Below are positions 1 to 13,617 of a stretch of 64,000 nt of DNA, piece after piece; position 1 is the first letter of the stretch, and each line of letters starts with the position of its first letter. The stretch is taken from the NCBI RefSeq assembly GCF_018350175.1, contig NC_058368.1:21020001-21084000 (forward strand), read 5' to 3'. Below the pieces are notes generated by a model, which worked only from the letters and a program-made list of their open reading frames with translations, ran no database searches and was not told the origin of the DNA. This stretch comes from Felis catus. Its lineage: Eukaryota. Both the position numbers and the translations under genes were made by a program.

Positions 1-445
1 TTTGCCTCTGCAGTCTTCCTCTCAAAACTCCGTAACCCCAGCCTAATTATGAGAAAAACATCAGAAAAATCCAAATTAAGGGAAATTCTAAAAAATACCA
101 GACCAATAACTCTTCAAAACTACCATGCTCATCAAAAACAAAGAAAGTCTGAAAAACAGACAAGAGGAGACTAAGGAAAAACGATGACTATATATAACCT
201 GGTATTTTAGACGGTATTCTAGAATACAAAAAGGACACAAGGTAAAAACTAAGAAAATCTGAATCAAGTATGGACTTTAGTTAATACTAATCTATCAATA
301 TTGTTTCATTAGTTGTAACAGATTTGTCATACTAATATGAGATATTAATAATAGAGGAAAATGGGTATGGTGTATATTGAAACTCTGTTTCACAAGTCAC
401 AATTTTTCTGTAAATCTAAAACTATTCTAAAAATAAATTTTATTA
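1..445 (+). mobile_element. Old L1M (L1MC-like) 3' UTR, cut by the window start
   Basis: Resembles recalled L1MC 3' UTR (AAAACTCC.TAACCCCAG.CTAAT.ATGAGAAAAACATCAG...GTAAATCTAAAACTATTCTAAAA) ending in an A-rich tail. Confidence 0.7.
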
Positions 446-1303
446 GAAACAACATAAAATTAAAGACATATCACATGGAGAGGAGCAAAGATAAAAACAA
501 ACTTCTCAAACTGTGAAAACCAGAGAAAAAAATGGAGTGACATCTTTAAAGTGAAGATTTTTTTAAAAACTCAACCCAGAATCTTGTACCCAGAAAAACA
601 TTTTTTTTAATGAAGGAAAAGATTTTTTTTTTAACTGAGAGAATTTATTGCCAGTAGACCTGCACCTACAGGTCTTTTGAGCAGAAGGACTATAATATCA
701 GCCAGAAAGTTCGATCTATGCAAACAAATGAAAAGGGCTACAAAGAGAATGAGTAAAGGTTGTTTTTTTTTTTAATTCATTTTCATACTGGTAAGTGTTC
801 TAAAAGATAACTATGTGAAACAAAAATAGTATCAGTGTGTTGTGTGCTTATAACCTAGTAAAACTAAAATGTAGAGCATAAGCTATAGCATGGAGAAATT
901 GGGAATATACTGTTGTAAGGCCCTCATACTATATGTGAAGAAATATAATATTATTTGAAGGTAAACTCAGGTTAATCAAAGACACGTGTTGTAACTTTTA
1001 CAAAAAGTAAAAATAAGGAAGAGGTATAAATAATAAGCCAACACTGAAGATAAAATGAAACAATAAAAAATTTTAAATTATCCGAAAAATGGCTGTAAAG
1101 GGCAAAATAATAAAGAACAGATAGAGCAAATAGAAAACAGCAAGCAAGTGGGTAGATTTTAATCTGACCATATTAATAATAACATTAAATATAAACATTC
1201 TCAACAAAATAATTAAAACCAGAAATTGTCAGGTTGAGTAAAAAAGCAAGACCCAAATTATAGGCTCTCTACCAGAAACTCATTTTAAATATAAAGATCA
1301 ATT

Positions 1304-1435
1304 GGGGCACCTGGATGGTTCAGTCGGTTTAGCATGCGACTTCAGCTCAGGTCATGATCTCACGGTTCATGGGTTCGAGCCCTGCAGAGGGCTCTGTGCT
1401 GACAGCCCAGAGCCTGGAGCCTGCTTTGGATTCAT

Positions 1436-1476
<41 letters not shown>

Positions 1477-1545
1477 GTCCCTCCCCTGCTCATAGTCTGT
1501 CTCTGTCTCTCAGAAAGATAAAAATAAAATGTTAACAAATTAAAA
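1304..1545 (+). mobile_element. Can-SINE (SINEC_Fc type)
   Basis: GGGGCACCTGG head, B box GGTTCGAGCC, (CT)n, A tail; AAGATCAATT on both sides. Confidence 0.95.
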
Positions 1546-2108
1546 ATATATATCTATGTGAAGATCAATTAAAATAAAAGATAGAGAAATGTATACTATA
1601 CCAAAAATAATCAAGGGAAAAGCTGGCATACTCAATTAATATAAAATGAAGTATACTACAAAAGGAATATTACCAAGGAAAAAGGAAAAAATAACCTCTG
1701 AACAAAAAGATAAATTCTCCAAGAAGATATAACAATCCTAAATGTGTATTTGCTTAGCAACAGAGCTTCAAAATTCTTGAAGTAAAAATTTATGGAACAT
1801 AAATGAGAAATAGGGAAATCCAAAATAACAGTGGAAATTTCAACATTCCTCTTTCTGTAATTGACAGAACAAGTAGGCCAAAGTCTTCATCATTACTATC
1901 AACCAATTTGACCTAAGTTGACATTTGTAGACTATTACATCCAATTATACATTATACATTACATTATACATATTCTCTTCAAGTGCACTTATAACATTCA
2001 GTTAGATCATATTCTATTCCACAAACTTTACCAAATTTAAAAGAAAGATATCATCCTAAGAGTGTTCTTTTACCATACTGAAGTTAACTTAAAAAATTCG
2101 TAACAGAA

Positions 2109-2310
2109 GGGCACCTGGGTGGCTCAGTCGGTTAAGCAGCTGACTTAGGCTCAGGTCATGATCTCACAGTTCATGAGTTCGATCCCTGTGTCGGGCTCTT
2201 TGCTCACAGCTCAGAGCCTGGAGCCTGCTTCAGATTCTGTGTCTCCCTTTCTCTCTTCCCCTCCCCCACTCACCCTCTGTGTCTCTCGAAAATAAATAAA
2301 TGTTAAAAAA
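2109..2310 (+). mobile_element. Can-SINE (SINEC_Fc type)
   Basis: Full head, (CT)n and tail; TSD AAAAAATTMGTAACAGAA. Confidence 0.95.
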
Positions 2311-3025
2311 ATTAGTAACAGAAAGATTATCTGTATATCCTCAAATATTTGGAAATTAAACAAGTCACTTTGAAGTAATGCATGGTCAAAGAGAAGGTCT
2401 TAAGGTCAATTTTAAAATATTTTGTACTGAAAGAAAATTAAAAAGCAGCATGTAAAAATTTGTGGAATGCATCTAAAGCAGTGCTCAGAGAAAAATGTTA
2501 GCATTAAACCCTTATACAAACAGTCACAAAAATCCTGTATAAATATTGGTGAATGTAAGGTAGCAATCTATAAAAAGTATATTTTAAAAGATAGTACATC
2601 ATGGCCAAGTAAGGCTGGTTCAACATTCAAATAACAATTGATATAATTCACAAATTACAAAGTAGAGAAGAAAATAATATGATCATCTTAATAGATGAAA
2701 AGAATGGGAACAAGGTAAGGACGTTCTTTATTGCTACTTTTATTCAACATCACACTGTAAATTCTAGCAGATGCAATAGGAAAGAAAAATAAATAAAAGA
2801 AGGGCATACAGATTGGAAAGGAAGAAATGAAACCCCCTATCTGCAGCTTAAATGTTTGTCTAAGGAGAAATATGGAATCTACAGAAATAAATCCTTCTGA
2901 AACTAAACTAAACTAAACTAGTTTAGCTAGGCTGTAGGATAAAAATCAATATACAAAAATCCATTGTATTCCTATATATCAGCAATGAACAACTGAAACT
3001 CAAAATATATAAAATGACACCATTT

Positions 3026-3197
3026 ATTTTTTTAATGTTTATTTATTTATTTTTGAAACAGAGAGCATGGGAGGGGCAGAAAGAGGGAGAGAATCTCAAT
3101 ATCAACACGCAGGGCTTGATCTCATGAACCATGAGATCATGACCTGAGCTGAAATCAAGAGTCAGATGCTTAACTGACGGAGCCACCCAGGTGCCCC
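3026..3197 (-). mobile_element. Can-SINE, internally shortened
   Basis: ...GAGCCACCCAGGTGCCCC end and T-rich tail; AAAATGA..CATTT flanks. Confidence 0.9.
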
Positions 3198-6100
3198 AAA
3201 ATGATTACATTTACAGCACCCCCCCACCAAATACTTAGTTATAAACTTAACAAAATACATGCAGAATAGATACGCTAAAAATTACAAAACACTGATGAAA
3301 AAGCAAAGTCCTAGGTAAGTGGAGAGATATATTCATAAATTGGAAGGTTCAGTACTGTTGTCAATTCTCCCCCAAAGTGATCTATAGACACCATGCAAAC
3401 TCAATCAATATCTCAAAAAGATTTTTATAAACATCGAATAGAATAGCCAAAACAGTTCTGAAAAACAGAAACACAAAGTTAAAGAGCCATTCTCTGTTCT
3501 CAAGTTTTATTATAAAACTTCAGTTAAAAAAAAAGCATTGTATTTATAAAAGGATAGATATATAGATCAGTGAGACAGAATAGAATCCAGAGAAAAAATA
3601 TGCACGTGCAAATACAGTCAACTAATTTTTGATAAAGGTGCAAAGGCAATTCCATGGATAAAAAAATAGTAGTTTCAAGAAATTGTATTAGAGCAATATA
3701 TACATATATATGTATACATTATATATAATATATAACATAATATGGTGAATATATATGATATACACATATATTCAAATGCATATATGTATGCAAAAAAATG
3801 AACCTCAATCCATACCTTGCACTCTATGCAAAAATAACTTGAAATTGATCATGGACCTAATGTGAAAGATAAAACTAGAAAGTTTCTAGAGGAAAACATA
3901 GGAGAAATCTATGTGATTTTGTGTTAACCGATGAATTCTTAGATATACCACAAAAAGGACAATCTGTAAAAGAATATATTTATATATTGTACTATATGAA
4001 GATTAAGAACTTTTGCTCTGTAAAAGATACTGGAAGGGAATCAAAGGACAAGTCAAATCCTGAGAGAACATATTTACAAATAATATATCTGACAAAGGGC
4101 CTATATGAGGAATATATAAAGAATTCCCAAAACTTAATAAGAAAACAACTCAGTTTAAAAATTGATGAGATTTGAACAGACCACCAAAAAAGGTACACAG
4201 ATGGCAAAAAAGCACATGAAACATACTCACATCATTAGTCATCAGAGAGATCTAAATTAAAACCACAATGAGATACCAGGACTTACCTACACAAATGATT
4301 TACATTAAAAGACAAACTGACAATACCAAGAGTTGATTAGGATACAGGGCATCTGGAACTCTCATATCGTGCTGGCATGAAAGCAAAATATTACAGCTCC
4401 TTTGGAAAACAATTTAGCCATTTCTTACAAAGTTAAACCTATACTGACCGTATGACTCAACAAGTTCATTCTCAAGATTCTACCCAAGGGAAGTACAAGC
4501 CTATGTTCACACAAAAGCCTGTATGCAAATGCTTATAGCTGCTTCATTCACAATCACTAAAAACTGGAAACAGTGCAAATGGCTCATGAGTGAATGGATA
4601 AACCAACCGTGGTACATCCACAAACGGCGTACTACTCAGCAATGAAAAGGAAGAATCTGCCAATACATGAAACAACACGGATGAAGGTCAAATGGATTTT
4701 GCTAAAAGAATCATACCGAAAAGACTGCATACTATAGATTCCCTTCAAATGATTTTCAGCCAAAGGCAAATCTACAGGATGGAGAACAGCTCAGCAGTGG
4801 CCAGCAGCTGGAGGTGAGATGGAGAATTGACACAAACAAGCAGCATGAAGACAGTTTTTGAAGCAAAGTTACTCTCTGCATGTGGATCATGGTGCTAGAT
4901 ACATGATTCTACGTGTTTGTCAAATCTGGACATCACAAAGAGTGAATGTTACAGTTTGCAAATTTAAAAGTGAAACAATGAAAGGACTTCCATGCAAAGG
5001 AGAAGATAGAATTGAAGAAAACCAGTCCATTCTCTATAAATCTGGTCACCTTCCAGAAGGGGTCCTGCTCTGATGAAAAATCATGGCCCTGTCACACGGC
5101 CTCAGGCAAGCCATTTAGCACTGCGCTTCGCAAAAGCATTTCTGGGGGGAGGGGGGCAAGTGTACTTGGAGATAGCACAATCAAATCAGATATATCCTAA
5201 TACTCCCTCTCCGTGTATGAAAGGCCCTGATAACAGACCAGCACTGCAGAATGTTTGGGCAAGCGTAACTCTTTTCCTCTTCAACAAACCAAGGACTGGA
5301 AAGCCTGTAAATGTGCTATTTCAGCTGTTTTAAGCAGCTTATCGTGATTTTCTCAGAGTCTGGCCTCAAGACTCTGGATCCCTTCTTAATAACATTTAAT
5401 GCTACCATTATGTAATTGAATCCATTTTGTCAGTGTAGTGGGAATATCATTAAACTGTAATTCATTTCACTGTCTTCTAGCTTTCAGACCCTCAAATCCC
5501 AGAGTCCAGAACACCAGGAACTTGAAGCAGGGAGCGATCCTAATCCTCTCTCCTCCCACCGCCCTCCTGGGCCAGGCTGAGTTTTTCCACACTGCAGGGT
5601 AATCCATTTCATTATCGCCAACACTCTGGGATGCTTCAGGTTCTCTGAGCCATCTGCTGGGCCCCTCCTGATGTGTTAGTGCCTTAAACTCCCTGATACT
5701 GAGTGACACCCCCAATTTGCTGAGTCTCAGTCTGGGCCCAGAGCATTTTTGGAAATGTAATCATATCAGGAGATGGTACTCTTTACATCAGTTGCCCCCT
5801 TGACGTTAAGTACCTGGCACCTTGCCCCCTAACGTGCAAGTAGCCACGATTATTGAAACCACATGTTCATTAGCAAGGTTGGCACCAACTCAACCTCCAC
5901 TGTCCGAAGTTAATGTTATATTCCATTATAGTCCAGACAAGGGGACAGTGTAGGATACAGTTTGGGCATGAGAACAAACAGTCTTCTTTGACGAAATCTG
6001 AGTCTTCAACTGTTAGAAATATGATCCGGTTTCTATCTTGACGTATGTCTGCACTGATGTTTCAGAGAGGGACATGTTTTGAAAGAAAATACCATTCTTT

Positions 6101-7941
6101 CACTGTTATCTTTGCAAAATTGTATTGATTCTTTCCACCACTTGCAGAGACAACCGGAGTCTGCCGGCTTCTTGCTGTGCTAATCACTTCATCCCTGGAG
6201 ATTCATGCAAGAGTGTTTCACTTAATATAAAGGAGTGACTCAGAATCATTGCTTTCAATTAAGAAAGCCTGAGAGAGTTCTGAGAACAGTGTTCTCTTCT
6301 TTTGGAAGTAGAGAGGAGGAGGGGCACTTGGACAGGGAGGGAGGGAAGGAAAGAAGAGAAGAGAAAAAAATATAAGCAGAAAAATGACTTGTGCACTCAG
6401 AATGAAATCATCAATTCCATGCACTATTTTCATCAAATTTAATTCAGATTGCACAAGTTCTCAGCCTTTCAGACATGATTTATGTGCAATGAATATTTAC
6501 TTTTTCATTCCATCCTGATAGAAAGACATCCTGGGTTTTTTAAGCTTTTTTATTATTTATTCTTCATGTGCATCGGACACATAGGTCAGAGGGCTTTGAT
6601 TTTCCAGTATCCCTTACTGGAGAAGCAAACCCCTTTATGCATGTGTGCTCAATAAAGCTGCCAAAAGCTTTTGTTTAACCCCACTAGTTGCGTTTGGGGG
6701 GGGGGGGTTGGGTTTTTTTTTTTGCAAAAAAAAGTCTTCTACAGCAAAGCATGCATTCAAGCCCCTTCTTGTTTATCCATGGCAATCATAACGCAAAATT
6801 TTACAAATTTAGCAACGTGCATTGTGGGAAATGGATTAAAGTGTTTTTATGTTCGCTTCTGGAAATAGTAGTATTGAAGGCCAGTTTCTTCCCCCAGATG
6901 ATCTGTGAGATATTATAATCCTCCCATGTATGGCTAGGTCTATTATAATAAAATATTTTCCAGAAATCTGAGGGTGATCTAACCTTGCCAGTTTCTCCCC
7001 CAAAGCAGCTGTATTCCGACCAAAACTATACGATGTTCTTAGATCACTATAAACGTATCAGTCAATAAACTACATCGGTGAGCAGGCCATACTAACCAGT
7101 TTTTTCTTGACAAGTTGTTACATTGGCTTCCTGAGACAGTGGATCTGAGCTTTGGGCAATGGTGCGATATTGCCCAAAGCAAGGCAAGTATTCGGCTCTA
7201 ATAAAGCAAAAACACTAAATTATGAGGGGGGAAGAAAAGGAAACCTTTGAAAGAATTTGGTATTCACTGTTTCACAAAAATCACAGGTAAAAAGTCAGAT
7301 AAAAGTCTACTTCTACTATCTTCTACTTATTTGTAGAGTACTACTATTTCTCTTCTGACTTGTGTTGGAGGGGCACAATCTTTATAGAGCTTTAAAGGTC
7401 TTCCTGTAGCTCTGGTCTGCTTATTGTCCTGAGACTAAGAGGAAAGATCCAACCAAACAAACTAGTGAGTGAGTGCCTTCCGTCTCCCTGGATTCAGGCA
7501 TTATCTCCACACTGGGTCTCTCCAGAGCTCCCAGCACTAACAGATCAAGTGAAAATTTCAACAATTCACTTCTGTTTTCTATTTCACACAAATTCAATTG
7601 AAAACTGCCTGAAGATAAGAAAACAATCTTCTTTTTTCTGTGTCAACAAAGGGTTAACACTGACAAACAATGTTCTAAATGTGTTCATTTATGCATGTGC
7701 TTGCATGTCTAGTTGGAACCACTCTGCACATGCTCATTTTCCATGTGACCTTTTACAAGTAGCTAAGAAAGACGTCTATTGTTTCCTTGCATTTGGTGGG
7801 TTTAAAATCATAGTCCCCACAACTGAAAAGGCACGTCAGAGATGGAATGCCTAAAGCAAAGATAAAGCATTCTCCCCCAAGACAAGCCACGGAGCAAGCC
7901 AGTCACAAGATAGTGGTTAACTTAGAAATTGTACCCATATC

Positions 7942-8164
7942 GGGGCGCCTGGGTGGCTCAGTCGGCTAAGCGTCCGACTACAGCTCAGGTCACGATCTCA
8001 CGGTCTGTGAGTTCGAGCCCCGCGTCGGGCTCTGGGCTGATGGCTCAGAGCCTGGAGCCTGCTTCCGACTCTGTGTCTCCCTCTCTCTCTGCCCCTCCCC
8101 CATTCATGCTCTGTCTCTCTCTGTCTCAAAAATAAATAAACGTTAAAAAACATTTTTTTTAAAA
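7942..8164 (+). mobile_element. Young feline SINE (SINEC_Fc), CpG-intact
   Basis: Near-consensus body; 18-bp TSD AGAARTTGTACCCATATC (7924-7941, 8165-8182). Confidence 0.97.
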
Positions 8165-8422
8165 AGAAGTTGTACCCATATCTGTGAATTCTGTAGTGGA
8201 TTGAATAGTTCTAAAATATAGCCTGTATGCACTCTTAAGCCCTCATCTGGGTCCTTACACATTCTTTCTATGCCATGTAATTTTTATTTTCAAGCAAAAC
8301 TGAGGCTATGTGACATTCATATGGGCTTACCTGGCTGAGCTGGCACTGAAGCATACTTCATTTCTTATATATATATTGTATTCTAGTTATATTTACATGT
8401 ATTATATAGAGAGAGGAATGAT

Positions 8423-8425
<3 letters not shown>

Positions 8426-8459
<34 letters not shown>
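8426..8459. repeat. (AC)n microsatellite
   Basis: Perfect dinucleotide run. Confidence 0.99.
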
Positions 8460-8461
<2 letters not shown>

Positions 8462-8508
8462 TGGGTGGTAGTCTCTGATAAGTAAGCATGTTCTTTTGCA
8501 TTAACTAT

Positions 8509-9020
8509 TGTAGCAGCTAGTGCATCTCCAAAGATGGCCCCAAATACTCCCACAATCCCACTCTTCTTTCTACATACATGCTGCTCCTCTCATAAAGACA
8601 CCGAGCATATTTCCCTGCCCCTGAATCTTGGCTGGCCCCAAGACTGCTTTGACCAATAGAATGTGGAAGAACGTTCTGGGACTTCTGAGCCCAGGCATTA
8701 AGAAGATCTGGCAGCTTCTGCTTCCTTCCAGAAGCCTTGGGCTGCTGTACTAGAAGTCTAGGACATGCTACTAGACAGAGTGGTCATGGGGCCAGACTCT
8801 GAAAACTGAGACACCGTTTAGGGAGAGAAGCAACATGGAGAACTCCAAGGCCTGAGACACCCGTGTCAGCCCAGCTGCAGCCCTCAATCCACGAGAAATT
8901 ACATGAGAAACGCCAAGCAAGAGCACAGCTACCCAATAGAGGAGCCACGAGGTAAAATAAAATAGTTGTTTTAAGCCACGAAGTTTTGAGGTAGTTTCTT
9001 CTGCAGTAATCAATGAGACA
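8509..9020 (+). mobile_element. MaLR solo LTR (MLT1 family)
   Basis: TG start with AAAGATGGCCCC; GACTGCTTTGACCAATAGAATGTGG; end TTAAGCCAC.AAGTTTTG.GGTAGTT...CA. Confidence 0.85.
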
Positions 9021-9379
9021 GTATTTACTCAAGAGGCAGTTTTTGTCTATTTGGGCAAAATGACAACTTCAAATTTTAAATAGAAGACAACTTAAAAGAT
9101 AAGCATTTATTGTTTGTCTTTTGGTTTGGGGATTTTTTTTTTGGATGAGTGGAAAACGAACATCGAGTAGTTCCCATACAATAATGTTTGAGCTAAGTAG
9201 AAACATCTAAATTAAATTACTTTTAAAATACAAATGATTTCTCAAATAAGAGGGAAAGTATTTGGCATGGTGTTTAGGACTTCAGTAATTCCAAAACAAG
9301 TTTTGAAGGAGTTCTCATGTGCTTGGTTACCACCACCTAGACCTAAAGCCTCACCAGTGTTTTAAGAGACACTCCCTCA

Positions 9380-9988
9380 TTTTTCTAAAATTACTACAAA
9401 AAAATTTCAAACGTATTCAAACCAACATAGAAGAGCATAATAACCTCTCACGCATCCAAAACTCAGTTTCAACAACTATCCACTTACTGCTACTTGTGTT
9501 TTATTTACACCCCAAGCCACTCCCTCCTCCCTTGATTATTTGAAGTACATACAAGAATATGTATCATTACACCCATAAATATTCCTGAGGATTCTTAAAT
9601 AAAAGATAAAGATTCTTTTTTAAAAACAAAACTGCAGTACCGTTATCATGCCTTAAAAATGTTCCATAGTGGGGGCACCTAGGTGGCCCAGTCGGTAGAG
9701 TCTGACTCTAGATTGTAGCTCAGGTCGTCATCTCGGGGTTCACGGATTCAAGCCCCACATCAAGCTCTGTGCTGACAGTGCAGAGCCTGCTTGGTATTTT
9801 CTCTCTCTGTCCCTCTCCTGCTTGCATGCTTTCTCCCTCTCTCTCAAAATAAACAAACATTTTTTAAAAGAATCTCTTTAAAAAATGCTTAACAATGATT
9901 TCTTAATAGTATCAGATATCTTATTAGTGTTTGAAAGAGTTTTATTTTGTTTTTTTTTTTCTGAGATTCAAATAAGATCCATACACTT
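9380..9988 (-). mobile_element. Old L1M 3' UTR, continuing after the younger L1 at about 11441-11640
   Basis: AAAATTTCAAAC...CACCCATAAATATT...GATCCATACAC|ATTGGTTTTGGTTGACATG, joined across the insertion. Confidence 0.65.
9671..9868 (+). mobile_element. Can-SINE
   Basis: GGGGGCACCTAGGTGGCCCAG head, (CT)n, AAAATAAAC tail. Confidence 0.92.
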
Positions 9989-11440
9989 TTTAAAATTTAT
10001 TTATTTAAATTCAGGTTAGTTAACACACAATGTAGTATTGGTTTCAGGAGTAGAACCTAATGATTCATCACTTCCATATAATACCCAGTGCTCATCCCAA
10101 CAAGAGCTCTCCTTAATGCCCATCATCCATTTAACCCATCCCCATACCCAACACCCTTCCAGCAACCTTCAGCAACCCTCAGTTTGTTCTCTGTATTTAA
10201 GAGTCTTTTATGGTTTGCCTCCCTCTCTGTTTTTATCCTATTTTTCCTTCCCTTCCCCTATAGTTCATCTGTTTTGTTTCTTAGATTCCACATATGAGTG
10301 AAATAAAATATTTGTCTCTCTGATTGATTTATTTCGCTTAGCATTATACAGTCTATTTCCATCCACATCGTTGCAAATAGCAAGGTTTTATTCTTTTTCG
10401 TGGCTGAGTAATATTCCAGTGTGTATGTATGTATGTATGTATGTATGTATGTATGTGTGTGTTATATAGGATGCATGTGCACCTTTGAATCAGAGTTTTT
10501 TTATCCTTTGGATAAATGCCTAGTAATGCAATTTCTGGGTCACACGGTAGTTCTATTTTTGAGGAGCCTCCATACTGTGTTCCAGACTGGCTGCACTAGT
10601 TTGCATTCCCACCAACAATGCAAAGGGGTTCCTCTTTCTCCACATCTTCACCAACATCTGTTGTTGCCTGAGTTGTTAATTTTACGCATTCTGACAGGTG
10701 CAAGGTGGTACCTCATTGTGGTTTTGATTTGTATTTCCCTGATGATGAGTGACGTTGAGCATCTTTTCATGTGTCTGTTGGCCATCTGGATGTCTTCTTT
10801 GGAAAAATGTCAATTCCTGAGTCTGTCCATTTCTTCACTGGATTATTTGTTTTTCTGGTGTCGAGTTTTGGAAGCTCTTCATAGATTTTGGATATTAACC
10901 CTTTATCAGATATGTTACTTGCAAATATCTTCTCCGGTTCCATCAGTTGCCTTTTAGTTTTGTTGATTGTTTCCTTTGCTGTGCAGAAGCTTTTTATCTT
11001 GATGAGGTCCCAATAGTTCATTTTTGTTTTTGTTTCCCTTGCCTTCAGAGTCATGTCTAGTAAGAAGCTGCTGCAGCTGAGGTCAAAGAGGTTGCTGCCT
11101 GTTTTCTCCCATAGGATAGCGATGGTTTCCTGTCTCACATGCAGATCTTTCATCCATTTTGAATTTATTTTTGTGTACGGTGTAAGAGTGGTCCAGTTTT
11201 CCCAGCACCATTTGAAGAGACTATCTTCTTTCCATTGGCGCTTCTTTCCTGCTTTGTCGAAGATTAATTGGCCATCCATTTGTTGGTCCATTTCTGGGTT
11301 CTTATTCTGTTCCATTGATCTATGTGTCTGTTTTTGTTGCAATAGCATACTGTCTTGGTGATTCAGTTTTGTAACACAGCTTGAAGCACAGAACTGTGAT
11401 GCCTCCAGCTTTGCTTTGCTTTTTCAACATTAGTTTGGCG
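9989..11440 (-). mobile_element. 5'-truncated carnivore L1 (ORF2 C-terminus plus 3' UTR)
   Basis: ORF 10767-11348(-) has L1 ORF2 motifs [45 protein letters not shown]; carnivore L1 3' UTR; contains (TATG)n at about 10423-10456. Confidence 0.95.
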
Positions 11441-12965
11441 ACATTGGTTTTGGTTGACATGTTCTTTATGCCATATCTCTTTCTCTCCTTTTCTTCCTTG
11501 CTATTTGTTATTTGTTGCTGCTGTCGTTTGTTGTTGTTGAGAATACTGGATTGCCTCCTCTACAGTTTTCCTCAATCTAGGTTTTGCTGACTGTATTCCC
11601 CGGGCCTCATAGAACATGTCCTGTTGTTCCTTGTGATCCTATTTTTAGGTAATTATTAGCCTTTTACCCCTCTGTTTGTAGAAGCTCATTTTATGTAATG
11701 ATCTTTTGCCAACAACATAATTTTCAAACATTTTAAAAAATAAATTTGACATAAATTTCAAATATTTTCTATGTGTCATTTGTCTTCTTGCTTTTCTTAC
11801 AGTAGGTTTTTTTCTGCCATGCAACATTTGCTTGTATTTATATTGTTTATCAATCTTTTCTAGTGTTGCTTCTGAGTTTTGAGTCACAGAAAAGTTTTCT
11901 CCACTATATTTCCTTCCTGTACTTGTAGAGTGTTGTGTTTTACATTTAAATCTCCAAAACACTTAAAGTTTATTTTGATGTGCAGTATGAAGAATGGACC
12001 CAATTTTATCTTTTTGCATAAGGTCATCCAGCTTTCACAACACTTTTTAAAAGTCCACCTCTTTCCCCACTGATGTGCATATGTAATTGAATCTATTTCT
12101 GGATGTTCTACTCTAGTGTATGAGTCTGACTGTTTATTCATGTACACAAACCACTCTCCTTGTAATGTGTTTTATTACCAATTTGTGCTAGCTCCATTCT
12201 CTACCTTTGTTCTTTTCCTGGTTCTTCTTGTTTGTTATTCCAAGTGAACTTTTTATTCGACTTGTCTAACTGATTATAAAAAATTAAAAACCTGAATGGC
12301 ATTAAATGTATAAACTAATTTAAGGAGAGTTGACAACTTTATAATGTTGGATCATCCTATCCAAGAACATAGTATGCCTTACCATTTGTTCAAGTTTACT
12401 TTTGCATGTTGGCCAAAATGTTTATAGTTCTCTTTATATAGTTTTTTAATATGTCATTTTAAATATACACTTAGTTATTTTCTTTTACTTCATTTCATTT
12501 CTTTTCATTTCATTTTATTATTTTCTTTTATTGGCCACTATAAGTGGAGTCTTCTTTTATACTATATATATTTTTATATATATAGTATATAAACTATACA
12601 ATATATAGTATAGTATATAATAAACTGCTTATTTTTGTATGCCTATTTTATAATCCATCACTCTATGAAATTATTTTATTATTTACACTAGTTTTTCAAT
12701 TGATACCTTTGAGATTTCCAGACACTCAATCCAATATAATCTCTAAAGATAATCTTGCCTTTTCAGTTCCTTACTGTTAATTGCCTTGTTTTGCCTAATT
12801 GCGTTGGCTGATACCTACAACATAATGTAAAATGGTGGTAAAGGTAATAAAAGTCATTGTTTCATACCAGACTCTGCCTTTATCAGTAAACACACTATAT
12901 TTGTCCATCAAATAAGAGGTTTTAACAGTGAGGTATATTATCACGTTTTTAAAATATCCAAGATT

Positions 12966-13175
12966 GGGGTGCTTGGGTGGCTCACTCACTTAAGCATCTG
13001 ACTTCAGGTCAGATCATGATCTCACAGTTTGTGAGTTCGGGCCCCACGTCAGGCTTTGTGCTGTCAGCTCAGAACCTGGAGCCTGTTTCGGATTCTGTGT
13101 CTCCCTCTCTCTCTGCCCCTCCCCCACTCACACGCTGTCTCTGTCTCTCAAAAATGAATAAACGTTAAAAAATGT
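12966..13175 (+). mobile_element. Can-SINE (SINEC_Fc type)
   Basis: Perfect 15-bp TSD AAAATATCCAAGATT. Confidence 0.96.
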
Positions 13176-13405
13176 AAAATATCCAAGATTACTGTTTTGT
13201 AGAATGCTTTAAAACATAAAAGAAGAGTAAATTTTGTTGAATGCCTTTTCCACATTTGAGAAAATTTTTTCCTTGCTTCTTTGGATTTCCTAATATTAAA
13301 TAAACTTTGTGCTCTTGTAGTAAACCCAACATGGCAATGATGTATTATTTTTTAATATGGTGTTATATTGTTTGCTAATATTTTATTTAAAAATTTTATA
13401 AATCA

Positions 13406-13617
13406 GGCGCCTGGGTGGCGCAGTCGGTTAAGCGTCCGACTTCAGCCTGGTCACGATCTCGCGGTCCGTGAGTTCGAGCCCCACGTCAGGCTCTGGGCTG
13501 ATGGCTCGGAGCCTGGAGCCTGTTTCCGATTCTGTGTCTCCTTCTCTCTCTGCCCCTCCCCGTTCATGCTCTGTCTCGCTCTGTCCCAAATATAAAAAAA
13601 AAAAAAAAATGTTGAAA
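13406..13617 (+). mobile_element. Young feline SINE (SINEC_Fc)
   Basis: GGCGCAGTCGGTTAAGCGTCCGACTTCAGCC; long pure A run; TSD AAAAATTTTATAAATCA. Confidence 0.97.

Larger units (their letters stand above)
450..4970 (+). mobile_element. Old L1M (L1MC/MD-like): ORF1 end, internally deleted ORF2, 3' UTR; interrupted by 3 SINEs
   Basis: A-rich, degenerate L1 ORF2 segments (endonuclease-like about 1170-2100; C-terminal IKNFCSVKDT in ORF 3921-4175); typical L1 3' UTR about 4500-4970. Confidence 0.85.

Noticed and set aside
1302..1538. Many 60-130 aa ORFs with GAWVAQSV, SLSLSL or ERERER tracts (also at 7929, 13368, 25424, 28758, 36415, 48510 and others)
   Set aside because: Translations of Can-SINEs and microsatellites, not genes
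7942..8025. tRNA-like A/B boxes as tRNA genes
   Set aside because: These are tRNA-derived SINE heads followed by SINE body, tail and TSD
10421..11361. Longest ORFs in the window (178 and 193 aa)
   Set aside because: Sense and antisense readings of a frameshifted L1 ORF2 C-terminus
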